From positions 32,001 to 96,000 of the IMG/VR virus record IMGVR_UViG_3300046000_004279: a DNA stretch of 64,000 nt. One strand, 5' to 3'. The position numbers were made by a program, and so were the translations under genes. Shown here in pieces: positions 54,681 to 64,000 of this stretch. The stretch comes from a virus. Under the pieces are notes generated by a model. That model was not told where the DNA came from. It did not search any database and saw only the letters and a list, made by a program, of their open reading frames with translations. Numbering within the stretch: position 1 is the stretch's first letter; each line of letters begins with the position of its first letter.

Positions 54681-55667
54681 ATGACAGATAAGACCTTACG
54701 CGACATTGGCAGACGTAATATAGATTTCCAGCGCGATCTGGTCAAAGAGGTTTTGCCTGAATTTTATGCAGCAGATTATCCAAATCTTGTCGAGTTTCTT
54801 GAAAAATATTACAAAAACCTTGACTCTGATGGTAACTTTTCTCGCAAGATCCATGACCTGTTTGCAACTCGCGACATTCAACAAACATCTCAAGAGAACT
54901 TAACATATATTGAAGACGAGTTGTTGCTGGGTCAAAACTATCTTGAAGGTTGGTTGAACTCTCGTCAAGCTGCTTTGTTGTCTAACAACTTCTATAGATC
55001 CAAAGGCACAAAGTACAGTATCGAACGGTTTTTCAGAGCATTCTATGGCCAAGATCCAGTTGTAGAGTATGGTAAAAATTATGTGTTTACTATTGGTCAA
55101 GATATTGTTGGTCCAAGTAGTGGTAAGTATCTTATTAATGATAAAGTTTACCAATTTTGGGGTATCTTAATTAAAGTGGGTTTACCAGCTTCTGAGTGGT
55201 TAGAACTTTATAAACTGTTTGCCCACCCCGCCGGAATGTATGTTGGTTCCGAAGTTCAATTGGTCAGTGTCAACGGCGATATTAGTTTTGGCAATATGCC
55301 AATTGCTATTGCATCTGTAGACGTCCCAGTATTCTCTGGTCTTGCAACAATTACACCATTCGTGTTTACTGATATTACTGGTATCGACATTAACGACTCT
55401 GCAGGCAACTCTTACAGATACAGCCTTGATACGACCGTTATCCAAATTAGCAACAAGTTAGCGGATCAAACTGTTGGATTCTTGGATTCTGCTGAACCAT
55501 TCTATAAAAACTTCAAGGATCTTACAAAAGCTGCATCGCCAACATTCGACGAAGATTCAAACGGCGCTGGCTCATCGATGAGAATGTCAAGTGAGTTTGT
55601 AACCTTTGACCTAGACAAATACGATGTTTACCTTGATTCAGACGGCGTGGGTAATCTTGTTCCATAA
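54681..55667 (+). CDS. Baseplate wedge initiator (gp7-like, short)
   Basis: FYRSKGT..S...FFR.FY, HPAG; position after gp6. Confidence 0.7.
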   Translation: MTDKTLRDIGRRNIDFQRDLVKEVLPEFYAADYPNLVEFLEKYYKNLDSDGNFSRKIHDLFATRDIQQTSQENLTYIEDELLLGQNYLEGWLNSRQAALLSNNFYRSKGTKYSIERFFRAFYGQDPVVEYGKNYVFTIGQDIVGPSSGKYLINDKVYQFWGILIKVGLPASEWLELYKLFAHPAGMYVGSEVQLVSVNGDISFGNMPIAIASVDVPVFSGLATITPFVFTDITGIDINDSAGNSYRYSLDTTVIQISNKLADQTVGFLDSAEPFYKNFKDLTKAASPTFDEDSNGAGSSMRMSSEFVTFDLDKYDVYLDSDGVGNLVP

Positions 55668-55671
55668 CCGA

Positions 55672-55679
55672 TATAAATA
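55672..55679 (+). promoter_or_regulatory. T4-type late promoter
   Basis: TATAAATA. Confidence 0.75.
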
Positions 55680-55705
55680 AAACAAAAGAGTTTTAGGGAT
55701 TTAGC

Positions 55706-56725
55706 ATGTCAAGACAAACCGTTAATATCGGCACAATAGCAAATGACACTACTGGGGATACCCTCAGACAGGCTGGTAACAAAATTAATTCAAACTTTGC
55801 AGAGATATACACATCTTTGTATGGTGATAGTGTAACTGCAATCAGTACGCTAACTCTTTCTAACAATGCTATTATCTTTGAAGGATCCTCAGCAGATTCT
55901 TGGGAAACTACTTTTACATTGGTTAATCCAACGGCGGATAGAACAATTAAGCTACCAGATTACACTGGTACTATTGTAGTTGACTCTGCCACACAGACTC
56001 TGTTGAACAAGACTTTGAAAACGCCAGCGTTTACACGCCCTACGATTAAGGATGCTGATTCAAGTCATTCATACACTATTGTTCCTGGTAATTTAACAGG
56101 TAATAGAAATATTAATCTTCCTGTTTTATCTGATAGTGATACTATAGTATTTGCTAGCCTTACACAGACACTTACCAATAAAACTCTGACATCACCAACA
56201 CTTGTCACTCCAAAGATTGACTCAACAATCCAGGATTCTGCAGGCAACCCACTGATTGGTCATTCTGCTGCAGTCTCTGCTGTCAACTATATCCAAATCA
56301 ACAATGCTGCGACTGGTAATCATCCTGGAATTGAAACGGTCGGCACCAGCTCAAATATTAACTTGACGCTGGCGGCCAAGGGAACTGGAACTATTCAAGT
56401 TCGTAGTCGCTTTAACTTGTTATCAGAGACACTAAATGCGGGAGCTGCAGTAAGTACATCGTCTCCCACAACAATATTTAACCACGCAACAGCAGAAGCG
56501 TTTACCTTAGCTAATGGTGTTACTGAAGGTGATGTTAAAAAGTTTATTAATAGAGGCGCTGGTGAAGCTCGTGTCACTCCAGCCACCTTCCCATATACAG
56601 GTAAAACAAAATTTACATTAAAACAATTTGGTGCAGTTGAAGCCGTTTGGGCATCATCGGGTTGGTTCTTACTGGGCTTAGACTCTAGTCACGATTCGTC
56701 AGCACGTTACATCTTTATTAGCTAA
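55706..56725 (+). CDS. Baseplate/fibre protein with gp9/gp10-like N-terminus
   Basis: RQTVNIG..AND.TGDTLR.AG.KIN.NF.EIY; TQTLTNKTLTSP repeats. Confidence 0.75.
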   Translation: MSRQTVNIGTIANDTTGDTLRQAGNKINSNFAEIYTSLYGDSVTAISTLTLSNNAIIFEGSSADSWETTFTLVNPTADRTIKLPDYTGTIVVDSATQTLLNKTLKTPAFTRPTIKDADSSHSYTIVPGNLTGNRNINLPVLSDSDTIVFASLTQTLTNKTLTSPTLVTPKIDSTIQDSAGNPLIGHSAAVSAVNYIQINNAATGNHPGIETVGTSSNINLTLAAKGTGTIQVRSRFNLLSETLNAGAAVSTSSPTTIFNHATAEAFTLANGVTEGDVKKFINRGAGEARVTPATFPYTGKTKFTLKQFGAVEAVWASSGWFLLGLDSSHDSSARYIFIS

Positions 56726-56737
56726 TAGGACAATTCA

Positions 56738-58105
56738 ATGTCAGCAATCATTACTGAGCGCATTAAAAAACTTATGATCCAGAATCTGTATGATGATATT
56801 ACAGACTCTGCTAACAATTATTATATCGCGATTGGTCGTTCACAGGATTGGGATAGTGCTGATGATGCTCCTACACCAATACCAACAGATCGCGAAATTC
56901 GCAATTTTAGATTGAGTGCGCAGTCAGCCAAACAAGTAACAGACTATTCTTTTGTTATTCCACGTTTCAATTGGTCAACTGGTACAACATATTACGGATA
57001 TGACGATAACACAACTGGACATCCTCTAAACACATATTACGTGATTACTGATGACCAAGGTGTTTACATATGCCTACGTCAAGCAAAAAACACTGCTGGT
57101 GCAGCAGTCCCTTCAACTGTAAAACCAACTGGTATCTTAACTACTCCTTTTATTACAGCTGATGGTTACGTTTGGAAGTTCTTGTATACAGTTGGTACAA
57201 CCTATGCAAACAGATTCCTCGCTGCAAACTATATGCCAGTTCGTTTACAAACATTAACTGACTCAAACTCACTAGCCGTTGAAATTGAACAAGAGACAAT
57301 TCAAAACGCAGCGGTTGCTGGTCAAATTGTAGATATTCAATTAATTACTGGTGGTAGTGGTTTCACTTCTGCCCCAACGGTTACAATTGTGGGTGATGGT
57401 ACATTGGCCCGTGCGGCCGCTACCGTTTCTGGTGGATCTGTTACAAAAATTACACTTGCTGAAAGTAACGGAACTATTGTGACGGGTAGTGGATACAGCT
57501 TTGCTGAAGTAAGACTTACTGGTGGTGGTGGAACTGGAGTCACTAGTAGAGTTGTTTTGGGCCCTAAAAATGGTCTTGGCGCTGACCCAAGAGATGATCT
57601 ACGTGCAACAGCAATTATGTTCAATACCAAACCTGATGGAACAGAAGGCGGAACTTTTGTTGTTAACAACGACTTCCGTCAACTTGCATTGGTAAAAAAT
57701 CCAGAATTGTCTGACAGTGCTGCATTATTTACCGCAGCTGCGGGCAATATGCTTCGTAGATTAAAATTTGCAACAATTTCAACAGTGTTCAGTGCAGACC
57801 ATACGCTTTTGGGTGCCACATCTGGTGCAAAAGGATATGTTAATAAGTTTGACTCAGATGAGGTTTGGTATCATCAAACAGAAGATACTGGATTCATTCA
57901 ATTCTCTGAAGGGGAAGTCGTTACTGAGACAGACGGTGCAGGCACTGGTACATTGCTAAGTGTAGGCGCGGATTCGGATACAAGAGCATTTATTGCACCA
58001 GACATTGATCCGCTTAGTGGCGAGATCCTATATATTGAGAACCGTTCGGCAGTTCAAAGAACTGTTGGTCAGGTTGAAGACATTAAGATTATCGTACAGT
58101 TATAA
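56738..58105 (+). CDS. gp8: Baseplate wedge subunit
   Basis: VIPR.NW..G..Y, VY.CL, DGYVWKFLY, SGEILYIENR...R...Q.EDIKII. Confidence 0.9.
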   Translation: MSAIITERIKKLMIQNLYDDITDSANNYYIAIGRSQDWDSADDAPTPIPTDREIRNFRLSAQSAKQVTDYSFVIPRFNWSTGTTYYGYDDNTTGHPLNTYYVITDDQGVYICLRQAKNTAGAAVPSTVKPTGILTTPFITADGYVWKFLYTVGTTYANRFLAANYMPVRLQTLTDSNSLAVEIEQETIQNAAVAGQIVDIQLITGGSGFTSAPTVTIVGDGTLARAAATVSGGSVTKITLAESNGTIVTGSGYSFAEVRLTGGGGTGVTSRVVLGPKNGLGADPRDDLRATAIMFNTKPDGTEGGTFVVNNDFRQLALVKNPELSDSAALFTAAAGNMLRRLKFATISTVFSADHTLLGATSGAKGYVNKFDSDEVWYHQTEDTGFIQFSEGEVVTETDGAGTGTLLSVGADSDTRAFIAPDIDPLSGEILYIENRSAVQRTVGQVEDIKIIVQL

Positions 58106-58114
58106 GGATACGAC

Positions 58115-61100
58115 ATGGTAACCTCTGTTATTAAGAACACTTTCCTAACTACCTATCGTGACGATTGGAAAGACAGCGACAATTATCACCGTATCTTGTT
58201 TAACAATGGTCGGTCTTTGCAAGCTCGTGAGCTTACGCAAATGCAGACTATTCTACAGAATCAAATTACTAAATCTGGCGACTTCTTGTTTAGGGATGGA
58301 TCTCCTATATCTGGAGGTCAGATCCATCTTTCAACTTCAGCAGAGTTTGTTAAGTTAAATACGGCCGTATACAATTTACCTGTTGACCCTACGACAATTA
58401 TTGGTGATATATTTACTGGATCGACGTCTGGAATTGAGGTTCGTATTGATAAAGTGGTTGTTGCGGAAGGTGCAGATCCAGCAACTCTTTACATATCATA
58501 CATTGATAACAATAGTTTAACTGCCGCAGACACGACTGCCCCACTTAGGTTAAATGCTGGAGAGACACTAACTGGATTATCAAGCGGTGTAACTCTACGC
58601 GTTCAATCAACAAACACAACTGTAAATCCTTGCGTTGGCCGAGGTTCAACTGTCAGTATTGCTTCTGGCACATACTATGTCGCTGGGCATTATGTTTTTG
58701 CTGATAATCAAACATTGGTTATTTCAAAGTACTCAACTACGCCTACAGAGAACGTTGGTTTTATCGTAACCGAAGATATTGTAACAGCTTCCGATAACTC
58801 TGCACTTTATGATAACTCTGGTCCAAACCCCAACTTATCAGCCCCAGGGGCGGATCGTTATAGAATTAAATTGACTATCGCTAAAGAAAGCGAAGTCGAC
58901 TCTGGTACTGTATTTTTTAATGTTGTTAAAATTGATAATGGGTACATTGTTCAAAGTGCTGATGAGGGAACATCAAGTATTCTCAATACTATTGGCGATA
59001 TTATGGCCAAAAGAACTTCAGAAGAATCTGGTAACTATGTTGTAGATCCATTTATTATAAAGGTACAAACTAATGAAGATAGTGATCAAAGATTAGATAT
59101 TGCAGTGGGCCCCGGATTAGCTTATGTTAATGGGTATCGCGTTCAAACCCTAGCTAACACAAACTTCACAATTCCAAAACCGCGTGATACAACTCTTTAC
59201 CCCAACCAAGTTTCTGCTGTTAACTATGGTAACTATGTAATTGCATCTACGTTGAAGGGTCTTCCAACCATCAACACACTTGCTACAGTAAATCTAAGAA
59301 GTGCAATCACATACGGTGGGTCAACAATTGGAACGGCGCGGGTTCGTGCAATAGAAGAGAATGGCGCTAACTACAATATTTATCTGTTTGATGTAACAAT
59401 GAGTGGTGGTAATAGCTTCCGTTCTGTTAGATCAATTGGTGTAAGCTCTGTAAAATATGCAGATTTGATTTTGGAAGACGGTGTAGCAACTATTATTGAT
59501 ACGTCAAACAATAATTTGTTCTTCGATCTTCCACGTTATCGCCCAAGTGAATTATCAGATATTGTGTTAACAACTCAACGGCTGTTTACTGGAACAACAA
59601 GCGGTGCGGGATCTATAACACTAACCGCTGGTACAAGTGAAGTGTTTGATGACGCTAATTCATGGATCACTGTTACCGATAGTAGTGGCACAGTTACATC
59701 TCCATCAATCTCTATCGTAGCACCTTTCACATCAGCGGTATTAACAGGATTACCATTCTCATCAGCTGTTACTGTTGCTGCATATGTTCAAAAGAACGCT
59801 GGATCTGTCAAGACAAAAACACTAACCAATAGAGCTACAACATACACTCCTGATGGTAGTGGTAATATTACACTTGATCGTGCCGATGTATATCGTATTA
59901 ACTCTGCAAAACTTGGATCGTCAGTTGGTGCGGACATTACAAGTTATTACACTTTCATTGACGGTCAAAATGATAATTACTATGGTGTTGGCCAATTATT
60001 ATTAAAACAAAACAAGACACCCCCTGTCGGTAACATCTATGTTGATTTTGATTTTTTCAACCACGGTGCTAACGGCGATTTCTTTGCTGCAAATTCATAT
60101 ACTGGTCAAGTTGCCTATGAGAACATACCATCACATACCCAAGCGAATGGTGATGTGATTAATTTGAGGGATGTTCTTGACTTTAGACCACGTATTAATG
60201 ATGCTGGAACAGGATTTACTGGTACGGGCGCTGTTCGTGTTGAACTTCCAAAAAATACTGACTTAGTAAACTTTGATGCTTATTACTATAGAGCTCAACG
60301 CGGATTAATATCTATCAATCCAGATGGTTCCATGACGGTTGGAACAGGACCATCACTTGTAGTTGATCCAAAATATCCTGATGTGCCGCCTGACAGTCTT
60401 GTACTATATCGATTTGCAATCAATCCATATATGGTTGATGATTTGGATATGACAAGCGAATATATGCGCTACAGACATTACGACATGGCGGCAATTGGTA
60501 AGTTGGAAGATCGTTTAGATCGACTTGAAGAGTTAACTACTTTATCACTACTAGAGCTTGAAACCGCTAATATTCGAGTTCTTGACTCGGCGGGTGTTGA
60601 TCGTTTGAAGGCTGGTTTTACTGCTGATAATTTCAGCAGTCATGGTTATTCTGATTTTAATAATCCAGAATATGCTGCATCTATCGACTTTCAACGTCGA
60701 CAACTTCGCCCAGAATTTGTTCAACGTTCTATTGAATTGGTGTACGATTCTGCGGCTTCTGTAGGAACAATCCTAAAGGGCGATACTGTTTACATGCAGT
60801 ATTCAAATACTCTGTGGAAACAACAACCGACATTCACATCTAGCGAAGATGTTACATCTTTTGAAATTGCAAAAATGGTTGGAGAGATTAAACTTTCACC
60901 AGCTTCAGATGTTTGGTTTGACGAAGAAACAAAACCTAAGAAAATCGTTGACGGTGGATTCGACCTTGATGTTAAATCGACAAGAACGTGGGCTGGATGG
61001 AATGGTGATTGGTCTGGATGGGACGATACTGAACTTGCTGCATTAAAGGTCGGTGATGATTTAAACTCAGGAACCGTTACAGATACAGGTACTCGTACAT

Positions 61101-61858
61101 ACAAATCAGGCAATTACAAATACACTGTAAAAGATCGAACCAAGTATACAAACGAAGTTTCATCAATATACACCGTTAATGTCCCTGGTCCAAGACTCGT
61201 TACTAAGAAATCTATTCCATATCAACGTGCAAAGTTTGTGTTTTTTAAAGCTACAAACCTAAGACCGAATACTAGATTCTTTGCTTTCTATAATAATACA
61301 AATGTAAGTAGTTGGATTAATACCAGTATATCTTTTACGAATTATGGATCTCTGTCTAGAACATCGCCTTATCTAGAAGCGGGTAACATCTATAACGCTA
61401 ATACTCAGTTTCCAGCAAGTTTGGGTGGTCCAACTGATATCTATTCTAACGCTGATGGGACTATTGAGGGTGTGTTTTTAATTCCAAATACATCTACTTT
61501 AAAATTTCCAACAGGAACAAACAAATTAACATTAATTGATATTAGCGTTTTAAATTTAGATACAGCTATATCTTATGCAGAAGCCGATTTTACATCATCT
61601 GGCATGTTAACAACATATCAAGATCAAACAATTAGCACACGCATGGTAAAAATAGTTACAGATACAGAACAGTTGGATCCAATTCAAATTAGTAAAACAA
61701 GAATTCCAAGAGATCCGCCAGAACCATCGAAACCAACCCCAAGAGAACCAACTGGTAATAACTCTGGCGGAGGAGGTAATGGCGCCCAAGTTCAGAAAAT
61801 GCCGGTTTGCAAACCGCCGAAGGTTTCGAACGGTGGTGGGGTCGGAAAGCCCCGCTAA
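58115..61858 (+). CDS. Large virion structural protein (DUF4815/VrlC-like), N-terminal part
   Basis: Y.DD.....NYHRILF..GR.LQARELTQ.Q.ILQ.Q, APGADRY.I, AYV.GY, K.GF..DNF. Confidence 0.8.
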   Translation: MVTSVIKNTFLTTYRDDWKDSDNYHRILFNNGRSLQARELTQMQTILQNQITKSGDFLFRDGSPISGGQIHLSTSAEFVKLNTAVYNLPVDPTTIIGDIFTGSTSGIEVRIDKVVVAEGADPATLYISYIDNNSLTAADTTAPLRLNAGETLTGLSSGVTLRVQSTNTTVNPCVGRGSTVSIASGTYYVAGHYVFADNQTLVISKYSTTPTENVGFIVTEDIVTASDNSALYDNSGPNPNLSAPGADRYRIKLTIAKESEVDSGTVFFNVVKIDNGYIVQSADEGTSSILNTIGDIMAKRTSEESGNYVVDPFIIKVQTNEDSDQRLDIAVGPGLAYVNGYRVQTLANTNFTIPKPRDTTLYPNQVSAVNYGNYVIASTLKGLPTINTLATVNLRSAITYGGSTIGTARVRAIEENGANYNIYLFDVTMSGGNSFRSVRSIGVSSVKYADLILEDGVATIIDTSNNNLFFDLPRYRPSELSDIVLTTQRLFTGTTSGAGSITLTAGTSEVFDDANSWITVTDSSGTVTSPSISIVAPFTSAVLTGLPFSSAVTVAAYVQKNAGSVKTKTLTNRATTYTPDGSGNITLDRADVYRINSAKLGSSVGADITSYYTFIDGQNDNYYGVGQLLLKQNKTPPVGNIYVDFDFFNHGANGDFFAANSYTGQVAYENIPSHTQANGDVINLRDVLDFRPRINDAGTGFTGTGAVRVELPKNTDLVNFDAYYYRAQRGLISINPDGSMTVGTGPSLVVDPKYPDVPPDSLVLYRFAINPYMVDDLDMTSEYMRYRHYDMAAIGKLEDRLDRLEELTTLSLLELETANIRVLDSAGVDRLKAGFTADNFSSHGYSDFNNPEYAASIDFQRRQLRPEFVQRSIELVYDSAASVGTILKGDTVYMQYSNTLWKQQPTFTSSEDVTSFEIAKMVGEIKLSPASDVWFDEETKPKKIVDGGFDLDVKSTRTWAGWNGDWSGWDDTELAALKVGDDLNSGTVTDTGTRTYKSGNYKYTVKDRTKYTNEVSSIYTVNVPGPRLVTKKSIPYQRAKFVFFKATNLRPNTRFFAFYNNTNVSSWINTSISFTNYGSLSRTSPYLEAGNIYNANTQFPASLGGPTDIYSNADGTIEGVFLIPNTSTLKFPTGTNKLTLIDISVLNLDTAISYAEADFTSSGMLTTYQDQTISTRMVKIVTDTEQLDPIQISKTRIPRDPPEPSKPTPREPTGNNSGGGGNGAQVQKMPVCKPPKVSNGGGVGKPR

Positions 61859-61904
61859 TGATAAATATGAATATCTTGCAAGTCAATAAAGGCTGAGAAA
61901 ATAA

Positions 61905-63494
61905 ATGGCACAAAATTATACATCACGTTATTATCACCCAATTGCTCAAACGTTTCACGTTAATAATGATCAGGGAGTCTTTATTACTCAATTAGGACTA
62001 TTTTTTACTCAGAAGTCTACGCGATTTCCTGTGTCAGTGGAGATTAGGCCAACTCTTGCAGGCGCGCCAGATTCTTTTATTGTTTTGCCAGATTCGGTTG
62101 TTACTAAATCCCCAGGAAGTGTTAACGTAGCTTCCAATGGTTCTGCAGAGACATTATTTGAATTTGATGAACCAATATATCTTGCGCCTAAAACTTACTA
62201 TGCAATTATTGTAAAAACATACGCCACTGGCGCAGATGGATATAATGTTGCAACAGCTAAACTCGGTGAATTTTTGTTTGGATCAACGGTGACTAGATTC
62301 ACGGGTGATTTAGATCCTGGGGTGTTTTTTAAGTCTTCAAACGCAGTCACTTGGACCGAAAATCAAGAACAAAATCTAAAATACAAATTGTATCGTGCTT
62401 CATTTACCCCAACAACTGCTTCGGCTGTTTTTGTTGATGCTAACACACCGCGCAGAAAACTAGCGGCGGATCCGTTTTATGTTGACTCTGGATCAAATTC
62501 AATTATTGTGTCGCACCCTAATCACGGTTTTCAAGTAAGTGATCGTGTTTATATCTCAGGATTAACAGCTGCTACTCGTTATAATGGTATTTTGGGATCA
62601 AGTATTGTTGGTCGTAACTTAATCACTGCTGTTGACGGTAGTGGGTATAGCTTTAATGCTGACTCAAGTTCGACTAGCAAAGGTGATTTTGGTGGTAGTA
62701 GCATTTTGGCTACACAACAATATTTAATGGATGTGGGTCAATTACAAATCCAAGCGGCCGTGCCGCCGACAACTACTATAACATATAGTGGTGAGTTTAC
62801 GACATCTAAATCTTTTGCTAGTGCCACAGAGACCGCATACGCTTCTGGGGATCTTATATTTATCGAAAATCAAAAAGATATATATTTTGCTCAGCCACAC
62901 GTCATTATGAACGACTCAAATGAAGTTCTCAATATTGGTGGTGGTACATCAACGACTATTACAGGTACAATGAATAGAGCATCAAGTAATAATTTTATCG
63001 CTCCCGCCATTGATTTGCAAAGAGCTAACCTCTTAGCTATTAACAACCTTATTGATAATCCAGATTCGGTCGCAACAAGTGGGTTTAACGTACCACTGCA
63101 GTTTGTTGCTGAAACAGATCGGTCTGGGGGATCATCACTAGCTAAACACATTACAATTCCAATCACATTGGCAGAGCCTGCTGTTGGTGTTAAAATTATC
63201 TTTGCGGCTAATAGACCAGATGGAACAAACTTTAAAGTATACTATAGGGTTGTAGAAGCGGGTGCTGATGTTAATATTAAAACACTACCTTGGATTGAAG
63301 AGTTAATCGACGTTCCTATGCCAACAGACCAAAATCCAACTAAGTATAGAGAATACAGATACACAGTTGGTGGTGAATATATTGGAACAATACAACCGTT
63401 CACCAAGTATCAAGTGAAGATTGTTATGACTTCGGTTTCTTCATCCATCATTCCAAGAATTAAGGATCTGAGAACCATTGCATTGGGTGTATAA
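61905..63494 (+). CDS. Virion structural protein (VrlC-like C-terminal part)
   Basis: PIAQTF.V....GVFIT...LFF, FFKSSN..TW, KIVM.......PRIKDLR.IAL. Confidence 0.75.
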   Translation: MAQNYTSRYYHPIAQTFHVNNDQGVFITQLGLFFTQKSTRFPVSVEIRPTLAGAPDSFIVLPDSVVTKSPGSVNVASNGSAETLFEFDEPIYLAPKTYYAIIVKTYATGADGYNVATAKLGEFLFGSTVTRFTGDLDPGVFFKSSNAVTWTENQEQNLKYKLYRASFTPTTASAVFVDANTPRRKLAADPFYVDSGSNSIIVSHPNHGFQVSDRVYISGLTAATRYNGILGSSIVGRNLITAVDGSGYSFNADSSSTSKGDFGGSSILATQQYLMDVGQLQIQAAVPPTTTITYSGEFTTSKSFASATETAYASGDLIFIENQKDIYFAQPHVIMNDSNEVLNIGGGTSTTITGTMNRASSNNFIAPAIDLQRANLLAINNLIDNPDSVATSGFNVPLQFVAETDRSGGSSLAKHITIPITLAEPAVGVKIIFAANRPDGTNFKVYYRVVEAGADVNIKTLPWIEELIDVPMPTDQNPTKYREYRYTVGGEYIGTIQPFTKYQVKIVMTSVSSSIIPRIKDLRTIALGV

Positions 63495-63700
63495 TGGATA
63501 ATTATATTAAGGTTGATGGTCAACCAAGTCTTGTTCGTGATAGAAACTCTGGCGCTATAATCAATATAAATAGCACTGAGTTTGAAAAAGCGCGCTTAGC
63601 TAAGCAAGCCAAAAAACGTCAAGAACAAAAGCTGCAAGATCTAGAGAATGACGTAATTGAAATAAAAGCCTTGCTCCGACAACTGATAGAAAAGAGCTAA
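63494..63700 (+). CDS. Conserved small virion-region protein
   Basis: KVDG...LVRD.NSGAIIN, DV.EIK.LL..L. Confidence 0.75.
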   Translation: MDNYIKVDGQPSLVRDRNSGAIININSTEFEKARLAKQAKKRQEQKLQDLENDVIEIKALLRQLIEKS

Positions 63701-63701
63701 G

Positions 63702-64000
63702 ATGACAAGAGTAGTAATCGGACCATCAACAACACTAACCGCCTGGAAGAATTCTACAAACTCGCTAGATTCTGATGTTGGTGTACGTACATCGCTTACT
63801 GCGACCAAGAAATCTACGCTTGTAGCGGCGATTAACGAACTTGATTCCGACCTATTTGGATCTGGGGGTGGTAGTGCTAGAACCTCTCTTACAACTGCTT
63901 CTAAGACGATCTTAGGTGCTGTCAACGAACTTGATAGTGATATAGGTGCAAGATCTTCACTAACAACTGCAACCAAGGTCAGCCTTGTTTTAGCAATCAA
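63702..64000 (+). CDS. Repeat-containing fibre/fibritin-like protein (partial, runs off window)
   Basis: MTRVVIGPSTTLTAWKNSTN then repeats of SL.T..K..(L/I)V.A(I/V)NELDSD. Confidence 0.65.
   Translation, partial: MTRVVIGPSTTLTAWKNSTNSLDSDVGVRTSLTATKKSTLVAAINELDSDLFGSGGGSARTSLTTASKTILGAVNELDSDIGARSSLTTATKVSLVLAI

Noticed and set aside
63641-64000. Minus-strand 119-aa ORF
   Set aside because: Shadow of the plus-strand repeat fibre gene starting at 63702
1-64000. CRISPR array, integrase, IS element, intron or intein
   Set aside because: No regularly spaced repeats, no recombinase or transposase motifs, and no interrupted core genes seen

Overview
A 64-kb segment of a lytic T4-like myovirus. 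The host is probably an alphaproteobacterium, since the tRNA-His has G1.U72/A73 and no G-1. In order, the window holds: the 3' end of nrdA, a GIY-YIG endonuclease, rnh, phoH and glutaredoxin; a ~5-kb glycosyltransferase/methyltransferase island (4.2-9.3 kb); and a ~10-kb array of 27 tRNA or tRNA-like genes covering every amino acid except Lys. That array is interleaved with unassigned structured RNAs, sigma70 promoters with boxA, T4 late promoters and cargo genes (SNase, IscA, ABC-ATPase/GNAT, DUF4338-like). Next come speD, an 8-kb cluster of five radical SAM enzymes, two stand-alone SPASM proteins, a carbamoyltransferase and an SGNH-like protein, then many small hypothetical genes, a GH19 endolysin, gp33, gp32 and the T4-type baseplate/tail module. 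The strongest candidate for a new system is a ribosome-coupled transcription attenuator in front of tRNA genes: a 28-aa leader using 17 amino acids, with mutually exclusive antiterminator and terminator hairpins. Other notable signals are a tRNA-Trp duplicate changed almost only in its anticodon loop, two promoter-boxA-stalk RNA cassettes, a -1 slippery site joining gp26 to a gp51-like ORF, and Asp-Ser enrichment in peripheral virion proteins that may mark glycosylation sites. All calls were made by eye from the sequence and the ORF track; no searches or folding programs were run.
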